A stretch of DNA of 63,321 nucleotides, counting the filler, from Octopus bimaculoides (taxonomy: Eukaryota): assembly GCF_001194135.2 (NCBI RefSeq). It is 4 parts of 4 records of this genome, joined end to end, with 100 filler letters (N's around TTAATTAATTAA, not from the genome) between each part and the next. Parts side by side here need not be neighbours in the genome. Positions count along the whole stretch, not along the records: positions 1 to 24,631 come from NC_068987.1; 3 more parts are not named here. One strand, written 5' to 3'. The translations under genes were made by a program, and so were the position numbers. The notes under the pieces were generated by a model, which was not told the origin of the DNA, searched no databases, and saw nothing but the letters and a program-made list of their open reading frames with translations. This document shows positions 1 through 13,239 of this stretch, one piece after another; the first letter of the stretch is position 1; each line of letters opens with the position of its first letter.

Positions 1-31
1 AAAAAAAAAAAAAATAAAAAAAAAAAGATTA

Positions 32-897
32 TATAATACAAACAATTGGCTATATACATGTTGTAATTTAGTCATCCATAGACTGATATATTTCGGAATA
101 AAATTCCTTCTTCATATATTCTTAGATAGAGTCGCTGCTATAATGGATTTTCCAACGGCTTTTCTTTTTAATTATTTTTTGAAGCGCCTTGGCAGTGGTT
201 TCACGAAGCACCTTCCGGAATTCCTCATGAGAAATGCATGAGGTCAGCCAGGTCTCAATCTCGTGTGTGCTGGTACATCCGTAGCACTGCTTCTAAGTTA
301 TGTATTATACGAGCAGCTTCCATTGTTTTCCTTCTTTTTTTCCCTTTTTTATTATAAAGTACAGATGAGTATATTATCAAAAATAAACCTACACACATCC
401 AGTTGTAGCTAGATAATATATATACATATTACCAACCTCCATTCTGTTGTTAATTTGGGGTCCTAGGTGTGTATGGGTATAGCTTCCTTAATTCTTAATT
501 ATTTAGCTACATCTGGATGCGGGTAGGTTCAGTTTTTATAAAAATGCTCATCTGTAGTTTATAACAAAAAAAAAAATGGGGGAAAAAAGAAGGGGAAAAA
601 AGGAAACTGCAAGTACAACACATAACTTAGAATTAGCACTGCAGATGTACTAGCACACACGAGATTTAGATATGGCTGACCTCACACATCTCTCATGAGG
701 AATTCCGGAAGTAGCTTCGTGAGACCACTGCTGAAACGCTTCAAGAAACAATAATAATAAAGAAAAGCTGTTGGAAAACCGATTATACCAACGACTCCAT
801 CTAAGAATATCTGAAGAAGGAATTTTATTCCGAAATATCATATCAGACAATGGATGACTAAATTACAACAGGTATATAGCCCATTGTTTGTATTATA
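32..897. repeat. Long foldback inverted repeat (arms ~32-418 and ~499-897, ~80-nt loop)
   Basis: The left arm (tataatacaaacaattggctatatac...gaagcaccttccggaattcctcatgaga...catccagttgtagctagataat) is the reverse complement of the right arm (attatttagctacatctggatg...tctcatgaggaattccggaagtagcttc...gctatatagcccattgtttgtattata read in sense). Identity is roughly 80% by eye, and the T-tract pairs with the A-tract. Confidence 0.93.
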
Positions 898-984
898 GTG
901 CATTGTTGTACCATTCAAAATTTTAATCCTTACACACAATACACAATGCTTCAAGCGAACTGCAACACTTTCCTAAAAGAATAG

Positions 985-1008
985 AATATATATACATATG
1001 TATATATA

Positions 1009-1067
<59 letters not shown>
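985..1067. repeat. (TA)n microsatellite
   Basis: Direct inspection. Confidence 0.95.
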
Positions 1068-1071
<4 letters not shown>

Positions 1072-4000
1072 AATAATTAAATGGATACAGAATATGGTGA
1101 CTTCTTCAATCTCAAGAATTATTTCCTCTTTCTTTACAAATGTAGGCTATTTATGCGGTTGTTACGACCTAAACGTGTTTCCACTGCGCAAAGTACGGGA
1201 AGTTGCGAATTTACTTGTTTGTTAGTCAGGTTTAAGAGAGAGGTAGTAAGAAGTTGTTTTGAAGCTGAAATCTGATCTCTCTGTAAGCTTGTTCAGTATT
1301 ATATATATGCACAATTATTATACTCGTTTGTAGCCTTATTTCATAATCGATGCCATTAAATATAATCTCTGTAATTTTTCATTTTATGCTCGAAATAACA
1401 TGAAATGAGATAACATCTCTAAGAATGACTGGTGCCAGTTGTTTTATATTTCAGAAGATATCAAATTTATATGTGCATAATTAAGTCATTAACTAGATTA
1501 TTGTTAATATTGTAAAATATTTTTGAAAATCATCATAAATATTCCAAAATATTTCCTGCCAACTATCTGCTGTAAAAGCATGTGTATAAATTGGGATTAA
1601 TTATATGGTCTAGATCATTATTCAGACGGGTACATGAGTTATATTTTCTCACCCTTTTCCTGTCGTTTATAACTGTGTTTCTCAGTAGTAATTTGATGAA
1701 ACGATCTTGATGGAAATTATTCCCAAATATTTTCTACAGAAAGTGAGGTTTATATAGCACAACATTATAACCTTCGATGCAAATTGACTTAATGAATATT
1801 TATAGATTCGTTTTTAAAATGTAAATGCTAAGGTAATGATAGCTGCATCAGTAGCATTTTAAAATTATGAGAAAATGAAAATATAGTTGATATCTGATAC
1901 ATATATATGACCAAAAAAGGCACCAGATTGCGATTATCATAATGTCATGCATTTAAATCCTCTCATTTTAGCGAGAAAAACGTTGAGTGCATGGAGGAGA
2001 ATGATAATTTGAATGAATGAAAGAGTTGAACAAAACGGAAATAACAGTCACTTTATTTTATACTAATCAGTTGGAGAGATCGCGAAGATGAAGAGATGCA
2101 AATAAGATAGCTAGCGGAGGCATGCTTTGGTCTATTTCAGTTATATCAGGAAAAAGTTATACCGAATATTATGTCTTTATTTTAAAATATGTTTTATGGA
2201 ATAAAAATTAAGGCTTCTTCAATAATTTGCATGTCAATCGTAGCTATGTACAAAATGGTCACATCTTCAATGAAAAAGAAAAGCATTATAACGTCATCGC
2301 TTGATTTTAATTACATGTAGTGTCACATCGTACGGCTTCTGTAAAATGTTTAATATTCCGTAGAAATTGAAGCCCAAATTAAGCAGACATAATGTAGTAC
2401 CACTTAACCACAGAACAATCTAATGGTAAGCTAACATTTTTCTTCCACTAACTTCATTTAGAATTGAGAACTAATGATATTATCCATAAACAGTTCGCTA
2501 CTCGAGATAATGATTAGAAACATGAAACAGTAATTGCTCAATCCTTAATTACAATTCATTTTAATTGATATTAGAGCTAAACAAATTCTATTTTCACAAG
2601 AAGGTATCTATTAAAATTTACTGTTTATAAGATTAAAATAAACTTTGTTAACATTAAGCTATGTTAAAGAAAATGTTTCCCTTGTTATAGCTTTTTATTG
2701 GTATATATATTGTTCATGATAATGAAACTGAATCACATAATCATCCGTGGTATATATAAGTAAAATATTTTCGAGCTGATCAGATTAATTATATCAGCTA
2801 TGTAAAGAAGTCATGTTTGTAACTCACACTGATTTTTCCACTTTTTGTTATAATTTTCCTACAGCATTGAAACTACTCACTTTTGTGGCCTGTAAATCTA
2901 AATTTCTTTAATTTGCGCACTCCATCAACCTGATAATAAACGGAAAAATAATATGCAAGTACCAGAATATACTCCAACGAGCAATAAAACGATGAAATAC
3001 AAACATGAAAAGAAACAGACATTTGTGCTAACAATTTATCAGCAGTCAACCCCTTTTCTAGTGCTATACAATCACCGTAATAACCGAAAGTCTAATCGAA
3101 AATATATTCCTAGGTGTAGTATTTAGATAAAAGGAATGTTCTCGTCTACGACACATTTGACAATAGTTAACTCAAATAACAGTTAATCTTGAAATGAACA
3201 ACGATAAGGCAATGATTAAAGCACTATGGTTTACTAGTATTTAACTAAGCACTCGTTGGTATTGCAATCACAACTTTGTGTTATCAGTCCTTTCATAATT
3301 TACGTCACCCACCAGGTTTTGCTGAACATTGAACAATATAAAATCATTTTAATATAGTTGATTACAGTAACATTATCGTCGATTATTTCCTGAGACTTAT
3401 CTGTAAATAATATAATATGTCTCATTGATGCCTATGATGCTAGAAAGGAGTTATACACTATATAAGTCATGATTAGATGGTCTGATAGTTACTTCATAGT
3501 CATTCTCAATTAAGATGCCGGTAAATATTGTTCCGATAGTAGTCTTAAAGTGTAATTGTAGCATGTTTATAATATATGTCGAACAGACCCTGAATTATAA
3601 CTTCAGTGCTTAATAATGTTAGTAAGAGCATGTACAGGTTTTCCTTTAACGTGAAATCATTCAAGTGAAATGTTCATTATTACAATATCACATTAACATA
3701 GCTGCAAAGATAGAATATATAATATGCAGAACGACTGAATAGGAAACTATATATATATACATATTACCATGGAAGACGGGTTATCCAGTATCAATGTTTC
3801 TATCTGTGGTGTTTGCTTGTTTGAGGGGGCTTTGCATTCTATTACAGCTTTCGTAGTTTTGATCAACGCATCGCAATTATTGAACCCTTGCAGACGCTTT
3901 CACTGCTATTAATTTTGAACTTCACGACTAGCAACAGGTTAAACATGTGTTTGATTTTTTTTTTGCACAATACATTTGCTATAAATGGTAAAATGGCGAT

Positions 4001-6654
4001 ATAATTAAAATGAACTTTCCTTCATTGACAATAACGGCTTTACATGTTTTATACATGCGTCATTAAAAACATACCATCACGTTTTTAAGCAAGTGATCGA
4101 ATAAAACTATCAAGTGTTAAGTAACGAAAATTGGAATGAATGAGTGATGCATTTGCTAGCTTGATTTTATTTTAACCAAAGTTATAAATTTGGTTTGCTG
4201 GCTAAGTATAATACGAGGTGTTTCAGACTTTATTTGCTAATATAATGTCACATGGCTTCCATATTTGTGTTGATAACATAAAATTTGAATACCTTTTCCT
4301 GGATATTTAGAGTCTTTAATACCATGGAGATGATGACTACTTGCAAACAATTCGATTGCAGTTTATTTAGACTTTGCCAACTACAGAATGATTGCTTGCG
4401 GTCTAATTAAATCATCAATCTTTTCCTTTTGCTTTGGTCTGTGCGATTTCTTCCATGAATTTCGCTACAGTTTTGGTATTCACATGGCCCACAAAGCAGA
4501 CATGACTTTCTCGGCTCAAATGTGCTACAATGTACAAGATATTCCGGTAATCCCTTTCTGTTGTTGCAGAATTTACCTATTTCTTTGACATTAGTATGTT
4601 TAGTAATTTGACTGTCATGGAACTATAATAGTATATAAACAAGTTAATTTTGTATATCTGCCTCTGATTCAATCTCTCGGAAATTTGGACTATTGTATGC
4701 ATGTGTGTGTGTAAGTGTGTGAATGTACGCGTATATGTATGTATGTTTGTTTGTATGTCATTATTCGGTTTAATTTCAAGATTTCTTGCCAATAGGGAGA
4801 GAGCCGGTTCCTAACTTAGACTCAAGGCCCATTCATTGAAATCTCAACAGTATCAACGGAGTAGTTTTTGCATCTATATGCAGTAGTTGGAGTCAGTGTA
4901 CATACACATTTGTATATAATGTTTTACGTATATTTTATCATGCATATAGTTGCATGCTTAGACATGCGTATATATACAGAAATGATAAACTTCTGGAAAG
5001 TTTTACAGATTTTTCCTGTTCCATTGATGGCTTGTAACTGTAGTCTTCGAATCAGATTTCTTATTTCTGGTTTCGACAAGGCTAATTTCCCACGATTGGT
5101 ATGTAGACAGTGCCACCGAATTACAGGTAAAAACCTGAACTTGTAATCTGGGTAGAATACATATAAGTACACACAGACATACAGCACACATCCACACACA
5201 TACACACACAAACACATATATATATACATATATAAGTTTGCATATATTCATACAGTGATTACATAATGATTATACATGTTGGTGGGGGTCATTCATACGT
5301 ACATGGTTTCGTAGAATCTTCGAAGGATTCAACATAGTACGATAAAATGTTTGAATTTTATAATAGTTTAGCCTTTTACAGATGTTAAACGAAATCAGAA
5401 TTTTGCATAACCAAGCTGTTAAGGTCATATGACTCAAGTGTATTGACTAATGATGTAGGCAGCTGTTATTTTCTAGGTTAGAATACTCCACTCATTTTGA
5501 ATGTGGTAGCTACATTTGAAATATAAAGTGAATCAAATTTTAAATGACATACTGTCCAACTCAATTTATTTTTCTGCTTTATCATTCGTCTCCTCCATTA
5601 CTTGAGTTATTTTCTAAACTTCATTTGTTTTTTTGCCATCTTTCAATTTGATGCTATTTCTTTGTCTTTCATTTTTTCGACATTTGAAATATTTGCTACT
5701 GCGCTTTGTCATTAAAATGCAATTTTCAATATCGAAGAAAATCTTAAATATTCATATCTACCAAATCCAGTAATTAATGTGAATAATTACGTAGGTCGAA
5801 AGGAACACCCATTCATTATAACTAATATATATGCATGTGTGTCTGTGTATGCATGTTTATGTGTGAGTTTCTGTGTGTACAGAAATATTGAAAAAAAAAC
5901 ACGTATACATACCCAAACATAATTTATGTGTTACTATATGTACGAGTTTACACATATAGGAACACAAAAATATAACTTTTGCATGTAAGCATACACACAC
6001 ACACACGCATAGACAAACACACACATATACACACACATTTTACTTCTAATTGGTTTCATTACTGAACTGCAAAATTACTGAGGCAAAACTTTAGCTATTT
6101 TAGTGAAACTGATTTTAGTCAAAGTTCCCAGTACGTATATTTAAAGAGTAGTATATATTTCATTTTTCTCTCATGGTGAACCACATGGGCTCTGGAACGC
6201 AAAACAATCAGCATCGGTTCTCAAAGGTAAAGCCGTTTTGTTTATATTCGATGTTGGTACTTATAGTAAGCGGGGGTATATTAGACTAATGTTTCGATCC
6301 AACTGCTTGCCCTTTGATTATTGGACAGCGTTTATCATTTTAAAGCTGTTGACGCCGCTGGAGCTAATGGTACTGTCCAGGTTTCGAAACAATAATGATA
6401 CCTAATGATGGGAAAATATATTTCATATTACTGTGAATATTTCATATCCTGAGTTATCGTTATTTTGAGTTCTTCATTTTCGTCAGAATTGACATATTTC
6501 GGAGTTTTGGTCCATGGTAATTAACTTATATTTGTAATTTTTTATTGATTTTGTGGGTAATTTTATTAGGCTAGGATAATAATCAACGGTTACTAGTTTT
6601 GGCAGATTTTATAGCACACATGCACATATATCCTCCACATTTGTATCCTTATAC

Positions 6655-6780
6655 CAAATTCACTTAGACGGCTTTGGTCCGCCAGTACTATAATAAAAGA
6701 CACTTATGCAAGGTGCCGCGCTGTGGGACTGAACCTGAAACCACGTAGATCCATTGTAAGGTACTTAGAAACACAAACGT
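6655..6780 (-). mobile_element. Degenerate tRNA-derived SINE head (family B)
   Basis: ggctttggtccgcc...gacacttatgcaaggtgccgcgctgtgggactgaacctgaaacc matches the head copies at 61175-61334 and 55005-55150. Confidence 0.7.
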
Positions 6781-9700
6781 TCCTACACAAATATGTATGT
6801 ATATATGTATATACAGATTGATAAGAGAAATAAAAACTTATTCCAGTATTGATATTAATACATTTTGAATTCCCTGCGATTTTATGAATACACACCAAAT
6901 TTAATGTTCTACGCCCACCCTATGTTAATATTTTGTTTTCAGTTTCAACATATTACATATTTAATATTGTACATGTCCGCATAAGCTCAATTCTTTAACA
7001 TTACTTTTCACCGAGGCTCATTGGTAACTGAAACATTTGTCATGAAGAAAAAAATATTATATAATTAGTCATTTGTATCCCGAGTTCAAATACGGTGTAG
7101 TTCTTTTGCTTGAAAACATGAGAGCGGTCCATGAAATATTCGTTACCTAAATGACATATCATATACACTTAAAATGTAAAACCGGTTACAATTTCTTAAA
7201 TCAGTATTTAAATTTATTCTTGTTTCATGGTTTCATGTTGATATATTTAACCTAAATAATAAGTAAATCGAAGTGAAATTGTGTAGCCTCCTGGGTGAGG
7301 TGTTTGAGATGCGTGGATTGTCCAGTTCCTGAGCCAGCTTTCGTGTTGTATTCTTCGCCATTTCATAATACTGCAACCAGATCTGCTGAAAATGAGGACC
7401 AGACGGGTACGTGTCAATCTCCTGTCTGTCTGTATGCTTGCCTGCCTGTCTCTCTTTCCCCCTCTCTCTGTCCCGCGCGCTCTCACTCTCTCTTTCCAGT
7501 TGAGATATCTTGGTTCGCTTTCGAGTTACATGAGATTGAAAATAATTTTATCTGCTCGCGACTACAGAGGCAACTAAAACATTAGTGATAACATAGTACA
7601 TATTATCAAGACTTATTTGCATGAGGCTATTGTTTGGCTTTAGATCAATGAAGCAGGTATTTCGTTCCATTAACTTATCTAAATATAGAAAAAAATCATG
7701 CATGCTTTATTTGTTTGTTTGTTTGTTTCTTTATTTATTTAATTTTGCTTGGAATGAATTTCTCTAATAGTGAGTCAAATTTAAGTAATTTGTCTCAAAG
7801 GAATATATAACATTTACCAGTTTGCAGAACAATACCTGTATATTTCTCTCGATAACCAGAAAAGAAATACCCATACTCAAAAGTTCAACCGCTTGACTAG
7901 GCTACTTAATCCTGAATAACGCCCAAATGATCATTCAAATGAATAGGAAAAGTCGCGACACCAACGCGTTGACCTAACCAATCACCCTTATGGAGACTGC
8001 CAGGTAGTCGAATTTCTTCGCATCGCCCTCTGCTTAGGTACAAAATGGCAATTTGAATAACATTATCAAAGTCACGCGATTCCAGAAGATGTTACTTCAC
8101 TATGATCATCAATAACATTCTTTGGTTATAGTCTGTCATATCAGAGCGAACCGAGGGCTAAAGAACAACACGAATATAAAAAAAATAGGCAGAACATACA
8201 GGTTTTCACTTTATGCAGAGTACTATATTTTGGAATCTACAATATGATCCTTAGCTATGAGTAACCATAATATATTTCTAAGCATGTCCCATTTATATTA
8301 GGCTTGATATTCCTCTATACAACATCAACAATGATATGAGAATTAAACCAACATTTTATATATCACTTTTCAATATAATTATATCCAAATCATTATTACA
8401 ATCTCTGAATAAACTGTCACCATTCGTTTGGACAGGTTCTGCTATAGAACGTAATAAGCAACGCAGAGAATAAAGATTTCAACTTTTAAAGTCACACTGA
8501 TGACAAAAATAAGACAATGACGACGACAACGATATTTGTGATCCTGATAACTCATCGCCGTACAAATTTTATCTAGCTTCTGATTGGCATTGCTGAAAGA
8601 TTTTTCAACTATTTATATATCGTGTCCACATTACAATGCGTCAAGCAAATTATAATACTCTTTAAAAATAGATATATTTCCATTAATAAAACTATACTGT
8701 CGGCAGTGAGCTGCATTGAGTGACATTGAGAAAAGCCAAAGAGCCTTTTGTTAGTTGACTTATGCTGATTCAAAGCGTACAGTATTTTACTTCAAGATGT
8801 TTTTTTCACAAACATATATTTATGAATACATATTTGGTGTATAATATTCATTGATATTCAATTAGATTTGTTAACTCTCTTCTGATAATAAAGATTTGCG
8901 TACTATGTACCGATTATAACAATATCAATCGGACCATGATGACACCAATAGCAACATTGATGTATAATGTATTATGACGAACGTGCTACTTTCACTTCTA
9001 GGAATTATCCTTGTGTGAATACAACTTTGAAGCAACATTAAGAACTATGGAATCTTATACAAATGGAAATGAAATGACGCAAAATCAGTAGCATTAGTTA
9101 TGGTTACTATTGAGTTGATGCTATAGTATTAGCATCACTGTTGCTACAAAGTTCTGCATTCTGCATAGTAATTGTTAGACTTATTTTGTATATCCGATGG
9201 CATTAATCTCAGCGTCTGTATGAAATAAGCTAACCGAAGACTATTCAATATATAGCGATGGATATGCAGTGTGGAAAATACGAACGTGCAGGATGAAGAT
9301 AATGGATTGACGTTTTATTGTTGGTAGCCATTTCTGTGCTACTCTTTTATATGTAACTAAAGAATTAAACATAAATTAATTCCAAAATACATTATTAAAA
9401 AAAGTATTCGTTAGACTAAAAATGTAGATGAAGTATTATCGCATGTAGACAGAGCACATTCATTGCAGTTAAATAATGTCTAGGAAAGAGAACTGCCTCA
9501 TAGATCATGCCATCAAAGAAAAAATAACGGTTTACAAAGGTTGGTAAATAGAAGAAAAGGAAAACTGAATCGACTTTGCAATATCCAATTGAAAGATATC
9601 ATGCAAGATGATGGTAAAAAAAGTGTAATATAAAATGCTGCTCAATGTAGCAAAAGAACAAAGCAATGAAAATTCAATTGCAAATTGTAAAGAAACTCTA

Positions 9701-10847
9701 CTTCTGAAAAACTACGTCAAAAATAAAATTGTTGTAAAGAATAGAGATGTCATTCATACTATAGCTCAAACATGACAAGTCAGATATAAACAAATAAATA
9801 CAGCATTGGGTTTCCATAGTGATGTTTCCAACACAAAATAAGGGCGAAGTAAATATAATTGGTAAAGAGTGTTGAATCGGGAAGGCTGAAGAGAAAAGAA
9901 AAATACTTCTGGTTTTTCTTAGAACGAAGACTACAAATAAATCGAATATTTATTTGTAGTCAAGATTTATATCAGATTTATATAGATATTGATACGTAAG
10001 GAAATAAGAGAATATATACAATAATTCTTGGCACTTTTCACTCCTGTAGTAGATTTGTTCAAAGATATAATAGTAATAATTTTAATGTGGCAAAAGATCT
10101 CTCTTAGAAAGCCTTTTAACTAGTTAGCATTCAGCGAAGGAAAGACGTGCAGGTAGTGGAATGGAGCACCACCTTCTCTCTTGAATACAAACAAAGCCAA
10201 TAATAGATTAAGTGAATTTACAGCTTATTTCGATATACAGATTTGCCTTTGAAAATATAGTTCTATGCATTTTTAACTAGCTATTGGTATATGCATTATG
10301 AAACATATCCTGGGAATTAAAATAAAATGCTATCAAAATGTGCAAATAAAATAATCTCATTGAAGTATATATTTAGAAGGAACATGCATGAGTCTTTCAT
10401 TTTGATAAGTTCCTTGTCAAATCACAGTGAGAGGCCGATTCTGTAATCGTTCAGACAACCATAGATACTATATACATAATATCTATATTATACTAAAGTT
10501 CTAAATTTGTCTGTTTTCCTGCCCTTTGATGAACATTATAAAAATTACAAATAAAATAGTCATATATTTCCTATAGGTATAACATAGAGTTTGAAATAAA
10601 CGTATAGAAGGGATTCCCTGTCCGTTTTTATTCCCTTTTGTTAAGTTAATTGAAGAACAATATTTTAAATAAAATAGCATGTTTTTCTTTTGCCGCGGCA
10701 TTTTCAACTTGAGTCGCGGGTACATCCAGTAATATATATATAACCAAGCACCATCGCCACTTTTGTTTAGATATATGCATTTTTTACGCAGTATAATTAT
10801 TCGTTGTTAGCTAAAATGCCTCTATTTTGAATCGTATTGATTTTTCC

Positions 10848-10975
10848 CTTACCAACCGCATGGTCCCGGGTTTAGTCCTACTGCGTGGTAACTTGGGCAA
10901 GTGTCGTCTACTATAGCCTCGGGCCGACCAAATCCTTGTGAGTGGATTTGGCAGACTGAAACAGAAAGAAACCCG

Positions 10976-11008
<33 letters not shown>

Positions 11009-11067
11009 NNNNNNNNNNNNNNNNNNNNNNNNNNNNNNNNNNNNNNNNNNNNNNNNNNNNNNNNNNN

Positions 11068-11113
<46 letters not shown>

Positions 11114-11310
11114 GTCTGTGTCTGTCCCCCACCATCGCTCGCCCACCGATGTTCGTGTGTTTACGTCGCTGTAATTTAGCGGTGCGGCAAAAGAGACTAG
11201 TACAATAATTGATAGGCTTACAAAGACTAAGTCCTGGGGTCGATTTGTTCGACTAAAGACGGTGCTCCAGCATTGCCTTAGTCAAGTGACTGAAACAAAT
11301 AAAAGACTAG
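10848..11310 (+). mobile_element. Composite SINE (family B): tRNA-like head + (TA)n/(TG)n core + 3' module
   Basis: Head with B-box-like gggtttagtcc and cttgggcaagtgtc. A microsatellite and gap follow. The 3' module (...gtcctggggtcgatttgttcgactaaagacggtgctccagcat...gactgaaacaaataaaaga) recurs throughout the window. Confidence 0.85.
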
Positions 11311-11886
11311 AAGAATATGTCTGTGTGTGCGTGCCTGTATGTGTATGTGCGCGCTTGTGCGCTCACGTGTGTGCGAATGTATTTTTTTCTCACGTGAATT
11401 TTGCACGTGGTATCTAACGTTTCTTGGGCAGCTTATTACACCTTCATTAAATCATTCCAATAGTGTATCGATAATAGGTGTCTAGAATATTTACTCATCT
11501 TTAAATGATATCAATTCTTCTCTTCTTTCTCCCCGACACCAAAGGAATTTTATTGCCCCACCTTAAATTCGCTTACCCCTAGTCCCTTTAGTCCTCCTCC
11601 CTTCCACTTCTCTAGTTAGCATCTGTTCCGATCGAATTAATGACATCTATAAACATACACACTTTGTTTATTTCTAGTGCCACCGACCCATTGTCTATTA
11701 CTTTCATTAGTCATTCGTGCTATGGCTATTTGATGAATCGTTTGTTCATCTCAACAGAACAATGTAAAGAACTTAAAGAATAGCTAAACTGGTTTATGTA
11801 TGTAACAGCTTGTGTAACCAATATCGTCTTCGCTGATCTGTTCAGTTTGGTGCATATATTTTTTTAGTTATTTGTTTTAAACAAAG

Positions 11887-12825
11887 CAGTTTGAAACTTC
11901 GTATACTGGTGAAATGTCTCACCCAGAACACGGTTCACCTTGAACATTAATCACAAAATTTTGTAGTTTGGAAGTTATTTCATGTTAAAGTTGTATTTGG
12001 GTAATTTCAAGCAATCAAGGACGTGTATTCAGTTGAAGAAAGCTACTGCAGTTTGCGTTAATAATCGAAGACGAAGAACTTCTGGGTCATCTCTACCAGA
12101 TATCCTCACTCTGCTCCATTTGTATGTCGAGCGAAGATGATGCCACCTTTATCCTTTCTTCCTTTCTAATCAGCAGCGTGCATTGTTTACTCTTTCCCTC
12201 CCATTTACCGTATCATCTGAGAACATGTGAGAACTTGTCACTGCCACTACAACTGCCGTATTTACCGGTGTATAAGCTGCTTTTAACTTCGTATTTTCAT
12301 AATGTTATTTTTAATCTAATAAAGACTTTTATATTGATGAAATGTGCTTGTTGTTGGTTAAAGCAAGATAAAGTCAAAATTGTAAAGTGATGCATTTTGA
12401 AATTACATACACATCAACAACAAAAATGATAGTTGCAGACTCATAGCTCTATAGGTCTTTAAAATACCGGTGCGATTTATGTGTGAATAAAACACCATTT
12501 TCGGACGAACGGTTAAATATATGCAAATGATATTTCTTGATGTTGATTCTTCGATGTTTACTAGTCACTCCGACAGGAGAACCAAAAACAAAAAGAAAAA
12601 CGCTGACATTTAGTAGAGATGACTCGGAATGTGTTGCACTTCGACTACTATCGCAAACAGTAGAAGCTTTTCTCAACTGAATGCACATCGTTAAATGGTT
12701 GAAATTACCCAAATACGACAACTTTAACACGAAATAACTTCTAAAATACCAAATTTTTTCAAAAATATTCAAAGTAAACTGTGTTCTGCGTGAGATATTC
12801 CACCAGTTTACAAAGTTTCAAACTG
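11887..12825. mobile_element. Non-autonomous foldback/MITE-like element with ~220-bp inverted arms (11887-12105 / 12605-12825)
   Basis: cagtttgaaacttcgtatactggtgaaatgtctcacccagaacacgg...gggtcatctctacc is the reverse complement, with divergence, of gtagagatgactcgg...gtgttctgcgtgagatattcccaccagtttacaaagtttcaaactg. No transposase ORF lies between the arms. Confidence 0.8.
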
Positions 12826-13197
12826 TTAATTAAAAAATCTGTGAGTCAAATTGAACATATCCGTTTTCGCTATAATATGATAGTCCATACTTTATTTGCT
12901 CCATTTCTTACATTCTCACATTATAAGCAGCTTTAGGGTTTACACGTTGATGTGTATGGTGACTTTCAGCTCATCCAAATTTTCATTTATCTATGGAACG
13001 AAATATGTAACTTACGATGATAAATAAATTCGTTTGAACGTATATTCGTAAATCGTCCACTTATTGTTATGTACACTAGTTGTATACATGCTCGAAGCTT
13101 ACTAACTTCCTACACCAGAATCCTTAGATCGTACATGGCTATTATTCTCTCTCCTTCATACATACATACATGTATGTATATACATACATAAACACAC

Positions 13198-13239
<42 letters not shown>

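Noticed and set aside
6173-6226. MVNHMGSGTQNNQHRFSK followed by a GT donor, echoing GABBR2 ...QRFSE
   Set aside because: The frame is closed shortly upstream and lacks the FFRT..S / W.RV motifs, so the match is coincidental.
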